DNA of 63,508 nucleotides, counting the filler. It is 4 parts of 4 records of this genome, joined end to end, with 100 filler letters (N's around TTAATTAATTAA, not from the genome) between each part and the next. Parts side by side here need not be neighbours in the genome. Positions count along the whole stretch, not along the records: positions 1 to 14,779 come from DRR723986_4073; positions 14,880 to 45,014 come from DRR723986_4084; 2 more parts are not named here. The stretch is one strand, 5' to 3'. Shown here piece by piece: positions 7,317 to 16,709 of the stretch. The notes beneath the pieces are model-generated. The model searched no databases. It was not told the origin of the DNA and saw nothing but the letters and a program-made list of their open reading frames with translations. How positions within the stretch are numbered: position 1 is the first letter of the stretch; each line of letters starts with the position of its first letter. Both the position numbers and the translations under genes were made by a program.

Positions 7317-10300
7317 ATGACCCATCTCGCCCCCTTTGCGACCGAGCGCGCCCTTGCGCCTCTTGTCCCCATCCCGTCCCTCGATACGGCCGCTGCGATC
7401 TTGAGCGTGGCCGAAGCGCTGCAGACTGACCTGGCGCAAGGTTTCCAGATCGACGCGCTGCGCCTGCGCGTTGAGATGGAGCGCGTCTTTGGCGGCTCTG
7501 ATGCGACCGGCGCTTGGGACTGGAAGCTGGCCTATGAGGCGGGCGAGGCAGCGCAGGTCTTGTTCCTGCGGAAGTTTGGCCGCGCGCTGTTGGCGCGGGC
7601 TGGATCACCCGCCGCGCTGCTGCCGATCCTTGCCAAGGTGTCCGGCCTCTTGCCCACGCATACCCGACGTTCGGAGGAGATGGAGCAGTTCCAGCAGTTC
7701 TCGACGCCGCTGCCCATGGGGCTGGCGGCAATGGCTGCAGCACAGATCACCGCGCGCGATTTGGTGCTGGAGCCATCGGCTGGGACGGGCCTTCTGGCGA
7801 TCCTCGCCGAGATCGCGGATGGCAGACTCGCGTTGAACGAACTCGCCGAGACCCGCGCCGACCTTCTGCGTCACCTCTTTCCGGGCCGACCCGTCACGGG
7901 CTTTGACGCAGCACAGATCGACGATCATCTGGACGCAGGCCTTCGCCCGAGCGTCATCCTGATGAACCCGCCGTTTTCGGCGGTGGCCAATGTCGACGCT
8001 CGCACCACCGAGGCGACAGCCCGGCATCTGCGCTCGGCGCTTGCGCGTCTGGCCCCCGGCGGACGGTTGGTCGCCATCACCGGTGCGGGCTTCGCGCCCG
8101 ATGCGCCCGCCTGGGCGGAAACCTTCGCCCGCCTGACCGAGACCGCGCATCTGGTCTTTACGGGCGCCGTGTCAGGTGCTGCCTTCGCCAAGCACGGCAC
8201 CAGCTTTGAGACGCGGATTTCGGTCTTCGACAAATGCCGCGGTTGCGAGCCGGGCGGCATCACAACCGATCTGACGCGCCCGATATCGCCTGATGTCGCC
8301 AGCCTGCTGTCGCTGATCACTGCCCACGTTCCCCCGCGCCTTGCGCTGGACGCCCGAAGCCCTAGCGCGCACGTCCCCACTTCCACCTTCCCGGGAAATC
8401 TTGCCCGCACCACGCGCGCAGCCATCAGCACATCGCGCGCCACGCCAGCAACACCCGCCACCAACACCGCTCCACAGATCAAGGCCGCAGACCTCGCCTA
8501 TACCCTGCGCGATGCAACCGCGGACGGGGCCAGCACGCGCCTGTCGGATGCCATTTATGAGACCTTCCGCCTGCAGGCGATCGACATACCCGGAGCGGCA
8601 CCGCACCCGACCAAGCTGGTGCAATCTGCCGCCATGGCCTCAGTCGCGCCCCCGAAACCGACCTATCGCCCTAAGCTGCCCGCCGCCATCAAGTGCTGTG
8701 GCCTGCTGTCCGACGCGCAGCTCGAGACCGTGATCTACGCGGGCGAGGCGCATGGCGCGTATCTCGCGGGGTCTTGGACTGTCGATGAAACCGGCGACAT
8801 GGTCTCGGCTGCGCCCGACGATGCCACGGACGCCGTCCGCTTCCGTCGTGGCTTCTTCCTTGGCGATGGCACTGGCGCGGGCAAGGGCCGCCAATCCGCC
8901 GGTATCCTGCTCGACAACTGGTGCCAAGGTCGGCGCAAGGCGCTCTGGATCTCGAAGAGCGACAAGCTTCTCGAGGACGCTCAGCGCGACTGGTCTGCCC
9001 TTGGCCAGGAACGGCTGCTGGTCACGCCGCTGTCGCGTTTTGCCCAAGGCCGCGACATCCCGCTCTCCGAGGGCATTCTGTTCACCACCTATGCGACGCT
9101 GCGCTCCGAAGAGCGGGGGGCAAAAAAGTCCCGGGTCGACCAGATCGTCGACTGGCTTGGGGCGGATTTCGACGGGGTGATTCTCTTCGACGAAAGCCAT
9201 GCCATGGCGAATGCCGCCGGATCGAAGGGCGAACGTGGCGATACCGAAGCGTCGCAGCAGGGCAGGGCTGGCCTGCGCCTGCAGCATAAACTGCCCAGTG
9301 CCCGCATCGTCTATGTCTCAGCCACCGGGGCGACTTCAGTTCACAACCTCGCCTATGCGCAGCGCCTCGGGCTCTGGGGTGGCGAGGACTTTCCGTTTTC
9401 GACGCGGGCGGAATTTGTGCAAGCTATCGAAGCTGGCGGCGTTGCCGCGATGGAGGTGCTGGCCCGCGATCTGCGGTCGCTTGGCCTCTACACGGCGCGC
9501 TCGCTGTCCTATGACGGCGTCGAATACGAGATGCTGGTTCATGCGCTCAGTCCCGAGCAGCGCGGCATCTACGATGCCTATGCCGGGGCCTTCGCCATCA
9601 TCCACAACAACCTGGCCGCCGCGTTGGAAGCTGCAAACATCACTGGAGATTCTGGCACACTGAACCGTCAGGCCAAGTCCGCCGCCCGCTCGGCGTTCGA
9701 GTCTGCCAAGCAGCGCTTCTTCGGGCATCTGCTCACCAGCATGAAAACCCCCACCCTGATTTCAAGCATCGACGCCGATCTTGCCGCAGGCCACGCGGCC
9801 GTCATCCAGATCGTCTCGACTGGCGAGGCGCTGATGGAACGCCGCCTGTCAGACATCCCTACGGATGAATGGAACGATGTGCGGGTGGATATCACGCCAA
9901 GAGAGGCTTGCCTGGACTACCTCGCGCATTCCTTCCCCGTGCAGCTCTACGAGCCTTTCACAGACAGCGAGGGCAACCTGTCCTCGCGGCCTGTCACGCG
10001 AGACGGCCAGCCGGTGGAATGCCGCGAAGCCGTGCGCCGCCGCGATGCGCTCATCGAGCATCTGGCCTCGCTGCCGCCCGTGCCCGGCGCGCTTGACCAG
10101 ATTGTTCAGCGCTTCGGCACCGATCTCGTGGCCGAGGTCACGGGCCGCTCGCGCCGTATCGTGCGCAAGGGCGAAGGTCCTGCCGCCCGCCTTGTCGTCG
10201 AAAGCCGGGCCGGCTCGGCCAATCTCGCGGAAACCGCCGCCTTCATGGATGACCAGAAGCGCATCCTGATCTTCTCGGATGCCGGCGGCACGGGGCGCAG

Positions 10301-11696
10301 CTATCACGCTGATCTCAGGGCAAAGAACCAGCGCCTGCGGGTCCATTACCTTCTGGAACCCGGCTGGAAGGCAGACGCCGCCATCCAGGGATTGGGCCGC
10401 ACCAACCGGACCAATCAGGCGCAGCCGCCGCTGTTTCGCCCGGTCGCCACCGATGTGAAAGCGGAGAAGAGGTTCCTCTCGACCATTGCGCGCCGTCTCG
10501 ACACGCTTGGCGCCATCACGCGCGGTCAACGCCAGACCGGCGGGCAAGGGTTGTTCCGTCCCGAGGACAACCTCGAGAGCCCTTATGCCCGCGATGCCCT
10601 GCGCCAGCTTTACCGCCGCATCTATCGCGGCGATCTGGCCGGATGCTCGCTCGGGGCCTTCGAGGATGCGACTGGTCTCAGCCTGACCGACGACAACGGG
10701 CTGAAGGACGACCTGCCCCCGATCACCACCTTCCTCAATCGCCTGCTGGCGCTGACGATCGACATGCAGGCCGTGCTGTTCTCGGTCTTCGAGGAACTCC
10801 TCGACCAGCGAATCGAGGGCGCTATCGCCGCTGGGGTCTACGACCTCGGGCTCGAGACGCTGCGCGCCGAGAGCTTTCAGGTGACGGACGCACGGGTGAT
10901 CTACACCCATCCCGGCTCCGGCGCGGAAACCCAGCTGCTGAGCATCGCGCAAAAGCAGCGCAATACACCGCTGTCACTGGCGGATGCGCTCGACTGGCTC
11001 GACGACCTAAAGGCACGCCTGCTGGTCAACAGCCGCTCGGGCCGGGCTGCCGTGCAGGTGCCCGCGACCAGCCTGATGCTGGACGATGGCACCATCGAAC
11101 CCCGCCTGCGGCTGATCCGCCCGACTGACGCCAGAACCGTGCCTGCCAAGATCATGGAAGACACCCATTGGCTGGAAGCCGACCGCACGGCCTTCGCCGC
11201 CGCATGGACTGCGGAACTGGCCGAGGTGCCGGAGTTCTCGGAAACCACGCTACACATCGTGGCGGGCCTCTTGCTGCCGATCTGGAAGCAGCTCCCCCAG
11301 GACGAAACCTGCGTCTACCGCTTGCAGACCGGCGATGGCCAGCGCATCATCGGCCGCCGCGTCTCGCCCGCCTGGGTCGTGACCACGCTGGCGGCTGACG
11401 CGCCGGAACTGATGGCGACGCAGATCCATGCCCTCGTACTTGAGGGCAAGACGGTCGTGCGGTTGGCTGAAGGGATGGAGTTGCTCCGTTCACGCGTCAT
11501 GGGCGTGAACCGGATCGAGCTCTCCGGCTTCACTGAGGCCGCCAAAGAACGGCTGAAGGCCGATGGCTTCTTCTCGGAGATCATCAGCTGGAAGCTGCGG
11601 CTCTTCTGCCCAGCAGACCCGAGCGGAATCGCAGTGCTTGATCGTCTGCTTGCACGTTGTCCTGTGACGGGACTACATGCACGAGGAGGTTGCTAA
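7317..11696 (+). CDS. N6/N4 DNA methyltransferase fused to a strawberry-notch-like SF2 NTPase/helicase
   Basis: QQFSTP, VLEPSAGTG and NPPFS (MTase); GDGTGAGKGRQ Walker A; FDESH; YVSATGA; QGLGRTNRTNQ. Confidence 0.93.
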   Translation: MTHLAPFATERALAPLVPIPSLDTAAAILSVAEALQTDLAQGFQIDALRLRVEMERVFGGSDATGAWDWKLAYEAGEAAQVLFLRKFGRALLARAGSPAALLPILAKVSGLLPTHTRRSEEMEQFQQFSTPLPMGLAAMAAAQITARDLVLEPSAGTGLLAILAEIADGRLALNELAETRADLLRHLFPGRPVTGFDAAQIDDHLDAGLRPSVILMNPPFSAVANVDARTTEATARHLRSALARLAPGGRLVAITGAGFAPDAPAWAETFARLTETAHLVFTGAVSGAAFAKHGTSFETRISVFDKCRGCEPGGITTDLTRPISPDVASLLSLITAHVPPRLALDARSPSAHVPTSTFPGNLARTTRAAISTSRATPATPATNTAPQIKAADLAYTLRDATADGASTRLSDAIYETFRLQAIDIPGAAPHPTKLVQSAAMASVAPPKPTYRPKLPAAIKCCGLLSDAQLETVIYAGEAHGAYLAGSWTVDETGDMVSAAPDDATDAVRFRRGFFLGDGTGAGKGRQSAGILLDNWCQGRRKALWISKSDKLLEDAQRDWSALGQERLLVTPLSRFAQGRDIPLSEGILFTTYATLRSEERGAKKSRVDQIVDWLGADFDGVILFDESHAMANAAGSKGERGDTEASQQGRAGLRLQHKLPSARIVYVSATGATSVHNLAYAQRLGLWGGEDFPFSTRAEFVQAIEAGGVAAMEVLARDLRSLGLYTARSLSYDGVEYEMLVHALSPEQRGIYDAYAGAFAIIHNNLAAALEAANITGDSGTLNRQAKSAARSAFESAKQRFFGHLLTSMKTPTLISSIDADLAAGHAAVIQIVSTGEALMERRLSDIPTDEWNDVRVDITPREACLDYLAHSFPVQLYEPFTDSEGNLSSRPVTRDGQPVECREAVRRRDALIEHLASLPPVPGALDQIVQRFGTDLVAEVTGRSRRIVRKGEGPAARLVVESRAGSANLAETAAFMDDQKRILIFSDAGGTGRSYHADLRAKNQRLRVHYLLEPGWKADAAIQGLGRTNRTNQAQPPLFRPVATDVKAEKRFLSTIARRLDTLGAITRGQRQTGGQGLFRPEDNLESPYARDALRQLYRRIYRGDLAGCSLGAFEDATGLSLTDDNGLKDDLPPITTFLNRLLALTIDMQAVLFSVFEELLDQRIEGAIAAGVYDLGLETLRAESFQVTDARVIYTHPGSGAETQLLSIAQKQRNTPLSLADALDWLDDLKARLLVNSRSGRAAVQVPATSLMLDDGTIEPRLRLIRPTDARTVPAKIMEDTHWLEADRTAFAAAWTAELAEVPEFSETTLHIVAGLLLPIWKQLPQDETCVYRLQTGDGQRIIGRRVSPAWVVTTLAADAPELMATQIHALVLEGKTVVRLAEGMELLRSRVMGVNRIELSGFTEAAKERLKADGFFSEIISWKLRLFCPADPSGIAVLDRLLARCPVTGLHARGGC

Positions 11697-11699
11697 GTC

Positions 11700-12731
11700 A
11701 TGTATTCCGAGACCGAAGATGTGATCCGCGCTCTGGCGGAAAACGCAGAAGGCGTTTGTCGCGCCTACCTTCCCGCCGGGCGGCGGGAAGGGTCCTACTG
11801 GATCGTGGGCGATCTGCAGAACAACCCCGGCCGGTCGCTCTTCGTGCGGCTGACTGGACCCACATCAGGACCGGGAGCCCGTGGCAAATGGCAGGACGCG
11901 GCTGTCGGACTGCATGGCGATCTCCTCGACATCATCCGCGAGCGAACCGGGATCTCGCGCTTTCCCGATCTTCTGGCCGAGGCCCGGGCGCATCTTGGCC
12001 GACCCCAGCCGGTCCTCCCGAATACGCCAGTGCCGAAGAAGGCCAAAGCCCCCGGTGGCACGCCAGCGGCGGCGGCGCGATTGTTTGCAGCCTCGGTGCC
12101 GGTCGCAGGCACGCTTGCCGACACCTACCTCCGCTCCCGAGGCATCACCCAAGGCGGCACGATGAGCGCGCTGCGCTTCCACCTGAAGTGCTGGCATCGG
12201 GATGAGGGTCAGACCCGAAGCATCCCCAGACCGGCGCTGATCGCGGCTGTCACCGATGGGGCAGGGGCCTTGCAGGGTGTGCATCGCACTTGGTTGGCAC
12301 CTGACGGACAGGGGAAGGCGGAGGTCGAGACGCATCGGCGGGCCATGGGTCACCTCCTCGGTAATGCCGTCAGGCTGACCCCGCAGCACAACATCCTCGT
12401 GGTCGGCGAAGGCATCGAGACCATGCTGTCCCTGTCCGAGGCGGCCTCCGGCCTTCCCGTCTGGGCGGCTCTCTCGTCGGGTCACCTCGGGGCGGTCCAG
12501 TTGCCGGAGGGGCTGCAGCGCCTTTACATCGCCATCGACCGCGATCCTGCCGGGCAACGCGCGGCGGAGAGGTTGAGCGCCAGAGCCCTTGATGCCGGGA
12601 TTGCCGTCCGGGTGCTGGAACCGCTTCTCGGAGATTTCAACGATGATCTCCGAGCGAACGGCAAGGAGGCGCTGCGTCAGCATCTGGCTGGGCAGATCGG
12701 GCGAGAGGATCTGCAGCGCCTCTTGGGTTGA
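11700..12731 (+). CDS. Toprim-domain (primase-like) protein
   Basis: N-terminal GKWQD...GDLLDII; YLRSRGI; GVHRTWL; VGEGIETMLSL; IAIDRD; GDFNDDL. Confidence 0.9.
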   Translation: MYSETEDVIRALAENAEGVCRAYLPAGRREGSYWIVGDLQNNPGRSLFVRLTGPTSGPGARGKWQDAAVGLHGDLLDIIRERTGISRFPDLLAEARAHLGRPQPVLPNTPVPKKAKAPGGTPAAAARLFAASVPVAGTLADTYLRSRGITQGGTMSALRFHLKCWHRDEGQTRSIPRPALIAAVTDGAGALQGVHRTWLAPDGQGKAEVETHRRAMGHLLGNAVRLTPQHNILVVGEGIETMLSLSEAASGLPVWAALSSGHLGAVQLPEGLQRLYIAIDRDPAGQRAAERLSARALDAGIAVRVLEPLLGDFNDDLRANGKEALRQHLAGQIGREDLQRLLG

Positions 12732-12843
12732 GCTGCATGGCGCAGAGGGTGGTCAGGGGCTGAGGGGGTAGGGGTCCTGCAGTCCTGTCGTGGGTGTGGA
12801 TCATCACATTTGCCTCTTCCCGGATAAATCTCATCCACCCGAC

Positions 12844-13062
12844 ACCCGAGCGGCCTTCAAGAGATGGGCAGGCGGCCGTCAAAGGGGACGCCCCTTCAAG
12901 GACGGGGAGCGACTGATTTCCGCCGACGGGGACAAGCCCCGCCTTTGCATCGCGAAGCAAATCAGCCGCCCTCCGTCCTCCTCCACATGCCTTTCGGCCC
13001 CGAAAGGGGGTGAAGGGGCGGCCCCCGTGACGGCTTCCGCAGCCCATGAAGGCCGCGCGGGT
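12844..13062. other. ~220-nt nested inverted-repeat foldback (candidate ssDNA origin/promoter or ncRNA)
   Basis: Nested stems: CCCGAGCGGCCTTCA/TGAAGGCCGCGCGGG, ATGGGC/GCCCAT, GCCGTCA/TGACGGC, CGCCCCTTCA/TGAAGGGGCG, AGGACGG/CCGTCCT, CTGATTT/AAATCAG, CCTTTCG/CGAAAGG. Confidence 0.75.
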
Positions 13063-13099
13063 TGACGCGCGGACGAGACTAGCCCGGAGGCAAGAACCG

Positions 13100-14032
13100 A
13101 TGACGATCCACATCCACGACGACGCGCATGAACCCGCCCACACCGCATCCCAGACCGCCCATGCGCTCGACGAGCTGCAGCTCTATGGCTACCGCCCCTT
13201 TGACGAGCCCGATCCGCGCCCGATGCCCGATGGGCAGCGCCTCGCGGTCGCCGTCGCCGACATCTTCGACGCCCTCGTCGCGACCCTCGAAGACACCCGC
13301 ATGGAACCCGACCTCGAAGAAGTGCTCTGGGGCCAGGTCAACCTCTTCCACCGCGCGACGGCCCGGATCGAGCGGTCACTCGATGAGAACGAACAGGCGC
13401 AGCGGCGCCTCCAGCGCGAGCAGGATGGCTCCGAGGTGAAATCCACCGAACTCGAGCGGCTGACGGCCGAAGGCCTCACCCTGATCGAACGTCGGAACTG
13501 CATGGACATGATGCGGGATCACGCCGCCACCGAGTTTGTCCATCACACGGGCTCTGCCTGGCGCCCCCGCACCGGCTCGATGGTGAACCGCCAGCACATG
13601 ACCGCAGCGCTCATCGACAGCCGCGACTTCCTGGCCGCCAAGCGCCGCGCGGAAACCGAGGTGATGCTCCCCACAGGCCCCAAGGTCGCCCTCACCGGCG
13701 GGACCGACTTCAACGATCACCGCCTGATCTGGGGCAGGCTCGATCAGGTCCGGACCAAGTATCCCGACATGGTGCTCCTGCACGGTGGCAGCCCCAAGGG
13801 CGCAGAGCTCATCGCCGCCAAATGGGCCGAGGCCCGGGGCGTGACGCAGGTCGCCTTCAAGCCCGACTGGACCAAGCACGCCAAGGCCGCGCCCTTCAAG
13901 CGCAACGACGCGATGCTCGATGTGCTGCCCGTGGGTGTTCTCGTCTTCCCGGGCACCGGCATCCAGGAAAACCTCGCCGACAAGGCTTCGAGGCTCGGCA
14001 TCCCGGTCATGAAGTTCGAGAAGGGGGCGTGA
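13100..14032 (+). CDS. DUF2493 (YspA-like SLOG) domain protein with N-terminal helical region
   Basis: KVALTGGTDFND, VLLHGGSPKGAELIAAKWA, AAPFKRND and FPGTG motifs; GGAGG RBS. Confidence 0.88.
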   Translation: MTIHIHDDAHEPAHTASQTAHALDELQLYGYRPFDEPDPRPMPDGQRLAVAVADIFDALVATLEDTRMEPDLEEVLWGQVNLFHRATARIERSLDENEQAQRRLQREQDGSEVKSTELERLTAEGLTLIERRNCMDMMRDHAATEFVHHTGSAWRPRTGSMVNRQHMTAALIDSRDFLAAKRRAETEVMLPTGPKVALTGGTDFNDHRLIWGRLDQVRTKYPDMVLLHGGSPKGAELIAAKWAEARGVTQVAFKPDWTKHAKAAPFKRNDAMLDVLPVGVLVFPGTGIQENLADKASRLGIPVMKFEKGA

Positions 14033-14116
14033 GCCCCCTCTTTCTTTTCGGGATAGAACATTGTGGAAACACGGCCATGCACTTGATATTGTGGTCTGGA
14101 GAGAGGCGCCAACAAC

Positions 14117-14389
14117 ATGTTCGACATATCGCAGCAAATGGAAGTGTTCCCGACCACGGTCGATCTCAAGCGGATCGACCCCTCCGTCAACATGCGGCGC
14201 TTCTATCGGATGACGATTCAGCCGGACTTGTTCGGTGGCGCATGCCTCGTGCGGGAATGGGGCCGTATCGGGTACCGAGGTCAGATGCTGATCGAACAGC
14301 ACTCGGACGAAGGGCGCGCCGTCAATGCGCTCATGAAGCTTGCGGTGACGAAGAAGCGTCGGGGGTATCAGTTATTGTTTGAATCGTAA
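14117..14389 (+). CDS. Stand-alone WGR-domain protein
   Basis: NMRRFYRMTIQPDLFGGACLVREWGRIG...KKRRGY. Confidence 0.9.
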   Translation: MFDISQQMEVFPTTVDLKRIDPSVNMRRFYRMTIQPDLFGGACLVREWGRIGYRGQMLIEQHSDEGRAVNALMKLAVTKKRRGYQLLFES

Positions 14390-14595
14390 GAACGGCCCAT
14401 TGCTGCCGTTCATCATGCTATCGCGATGCTGCGGCAGCCGCTCGCATAGCGGACGTTCGGCAAGGTCTGCAACAATCATCGTCGCGGAAGGTCGGATTGA
14501 CGGCTTCGTACCCGACATCAAATCTTGGTCTTCGCTGGCGCTGTTGCTTCTTGCGCAAACTGCGAAGGTCCGGCTTTCGAAGAAGTCGGCAATTT

Positions 14596-14778
14596 CTATA
14601 TTCTTTCCAGAATTTGATCGGGATCGCAGGGCAATACAATACGTTTCCTGACGCCGATCCGCTCGAGAAACGCCGCATCGTGGCTGAGCACCAAGATCGC
14701 GCTGTCATAGGCCGTGAGCGCAGTCTCGAGTTCCTCGATTGCGGCCAGATCGAGGTGGTTGGTCGGTTCGTCGAGGAT
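14596..14778 (-). CDS. ABC-F-type ATP-binding protein, C-terminal fragment at the contig end
   Basis: Manual translation ILDEPTNHLDLAAIEELETALTAYDSAILVLSHDAAFLERIG...*. Confidence 0.85.
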   Translation of the reverse strand: MLDEPTNHLDLAAIEELETALTAYDSAILVLSHDAAFLERIGVRKRIVLPCDPDQILERI

Positions 14779-14779
14779 C

Positions 14780-14879
14780 NNNNNNNNNNNNNNNNNNNNN
14801 NNNNNNNNNNNNNNNNNNNNNNNTTAATTAATTAANNNNNNNNNNNNNNNNNNNNNNNNNNNNNNNNNNNNNNNNNNNN
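14780..14879. other. Artificial contig linker
   Basis: N-run, TTAATTAATTAA, N-run. Confidence 0.99.
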
Positions 14880-15000
14880 GAGCTCCTTGCTTTGCTGCGG
14901 GCTCAGGCTTTATTGATTTTCTTGTTTGTCACGCAGTATTAAGCTGGAAGTCGGTGTGATTGCCAAGGAGTAGATCAGGATTTAAGGCGCATTTTTTAGT
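14880..15000. repeat. Dispersed intergenic repeat, copy A
   Basis: 14894-14944 matches 24190-24240 at 38/51 positions ungapped (manual alignment), plus a shared downstream AAGGCGCA block. Confidence 0.7.
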
Positions 15001-15011
15001 AAACAAATAGA

Positions 15012-15044
15012 ATCGGCACAAGCTCTGGTCAAGCCTGTGCCGAT
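15012..15044 (-). terminator. Hairpin downstream of pccB
   Basis: ATCGGCACAAGCT...AGCCTGTGCCGAT. Confidence 0.6.
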
Positions 15045-15071
15045 AGATTGTAGCTGGATCACGAGTCGCTG

Positions 15072-16625
15072 TTAGAGCGGAATATTGCCGTGTTTTTTGG
15101 CCGGATTTTCGTCAACTTTAGTTTCCAGCAACTGCAATGATTCGATAAGACGTGCACGCGTGTCGCGTGGCAGAATTACGTCGTCAATATAACCGCGCTC
15201 AGCGGCGATATATGGATTGCAGAAAGTGGTGTTGTATTCTTCTTCCAGCTGTTTTACCAATTCGTCTTTATTCTCGGCTTGTTTAATCTGCTTGCGATGC
15301 AGGATCTCTACTGCGCCTTTGGCACCCATAACAGCGATTTCAGCCGTGGGCCAGGCAAAGTTAAAGTCGCCGCGAATGTGTTTTGAGTTCATCACATCAT
15401 ACGCACCGCCATAGGCCTTGCGCGTAATCACGGTGACTTTGGGGACAGTCGCTTCGCAGAAGGCGTAGAGCAGTTTAGCGCCGTGACGGATGATGCCGCG
15501 CCATTCCTGATCGGTGCCGGGCAGGAAGCCGGGAACATCTTCAAAAACCACCAGCGGAATGTTAAACGCATCACAGAAACGCACAAACCGCGCGCCTTTA
15601 ACACTCGAAGCGATGTCGAGCACACCGGCCAGCTGTGAAGGTTGGTTGGCAACGATGCCGACGGGTTTGGAGCCGAGCGTCGCAAAGCCCACGATGATAT
15701 TCGGTGCAAAGTCGGCATGCACCTCCATGAAGTCACCTTCATCCACGATTTCGCCGATGACTTCAAGCATGTCGTACGGTTTGTTCGGATTCTCCGGAAC
15801 TATCGTATCAAGTTTTTCGCCGCTGCGATCTTGTGGATCATCGGTTGGCAGGGTCGGCGCGTCATCGCGATTGTTGGACGGCAGATAGTTCATCAGGCGC
15901 CGCACAGACATCAGACACTCAACCTCATTTTCCTCAGCAAAGTGTGCCACGCCCGAGCGCGAAGCATGTGTGTCCGCACCACCAAGCTCTTCCAGCGTGA
16001 CTTCTTCATGTGTCACAGTCTTGACCACGTCCGGCCCGGTGACGAACATATAAGACGAGCCGCGCGTCATGAACACAAAGTCGGTGATCGCCGGTGAGTA
16101 AACCGCACCGCCGGCACAGGGGCCCAGAATAACGGAAATTTGCGGGATAACGCCGCTGGCGAGTGTATTGCGCAGGAAGACGTCCGCATAACCACCCAGC
16201 GAAACAACGCCTTCCTGAATCCGCGCACCGCCGGAGTCATTCAGTCCGATAACCGGCGCGCCAATTTTCATGGCCAGATCCATGATCTTGCAGAGTTTTT
16301 CAGCATGCGCCTCAGAAAGTGAGCCACCAAAAACGGTGAAGTCCTGCGAGAAGACACAAACCACACGGCCGTTGATCGTACCCGTTCCGGTGACGACACC
16401 GTCGCCCAGTGGGCGCGTATTTTCGAGGCCAAAGCCGCGCGAACGGTGGCGCACGAGCATATCCAGCTCGCGGAATGAGCCTTCGTCCAGCAGGACGTCC
16501 AGGCGTTCACGCGCTGTGAGTTTGCCGCGTTTGTGCTGTGCTGCGATTCTATCGGCACCGCCGCCCAGTTGGGCTTCCTGGCGCAGTTGTTCCAGATGTT
16601 GGAGTTGCTCTTGACGTTTGTCCAT
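15072..16625 (-). CDS. pccB: Acyl-CoA (propionyl-CoA) carboxylase beta subunit
   Basis: [55 protein letters not shown] and KKHGNIPL motifs. Confidence 0.95.
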   Translation of the reverse strand: MDKRQEQLQHLEQLRQEAQLGGGADRIAAQHKRGKLTARERLDVLLDEGSFRELDMLVRHRSRGFGLENTRPLGDGVVTGTGTINGRVVCVFSQDFTVFGGSLSEAHAEKLCKIMDLAMKIGAPVIGLNDSGGARIQEGVVSLGGYADVFLRNTLASGVIPQISVILGPCAGGAVYSPAITDFVFMTRGSSYMFVTGPDVVKTVTHEEVTLEELGGADTHASRSGVAHFAEENEVECLMSVRRLMNYLPSNNRDDAPTLPTDDPQDRSGEKLDTIVPENPNKPYDMLEVIGEIVDEGDFMEVHADFAPNIIVGFATLGSKPVGIVANQPSQLAGVLDIASSVKGARFVRFCDAFNIPLVVFEDVPGFLPGTDQEWRGIIRHGAKLLYAFCEATVPKVTVITRKAYGGAYDVMNSKHIRGDFNFAWPTAEIAVMGAKGAVEILHRKQIKQAENKDELVKQLEEEYNTTFCNPYIAAERGYIDDVILPRDTRARLIESLQLLETKVDENPAKKHGNIPL

Positions 16626-16709
16626 GTGTCTGTTGCCGTTCTCTTGGTCGGTAAATGCAGAGAATCACAAGTTACGAAGGGCCGCCGGTTCGACCAACAG
16701 CTGCGAATT

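Larger units (their letters stand above)
1050..14389 (+). mobile_element. Backbone of an alphaproteobacterial conjugative element (ICE or plasmid) with TA cargo
   Basis: The gene order DUF6878-DUF6915-hypotheticals-MTase/strawberry notch-toprim-DUF2493-WGR is what I recall for Rhodobacteraceae/Rhizobiales ICE and plasmid backbones. No relaxase or integrase lies within the contig. Confidence 0.75.

Noticed and set aside
9849-10952. 367-aa minus-strand ORF
   Set aside because: Antisense shadow of the strawberry-notch gene.
14390-14595. Possible attC-like or cassette repeats after the WGR gene
   Set aside because: Only short degenerate hairpin words; no clear paired attC boxes and no integrase.
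14824-14835. TTAATTAATTAA as a regulatory site, and ORFs running through Ns
   Set aside because: Identical six-frame-stop linker flanked by Ns at all three joins; artificial.
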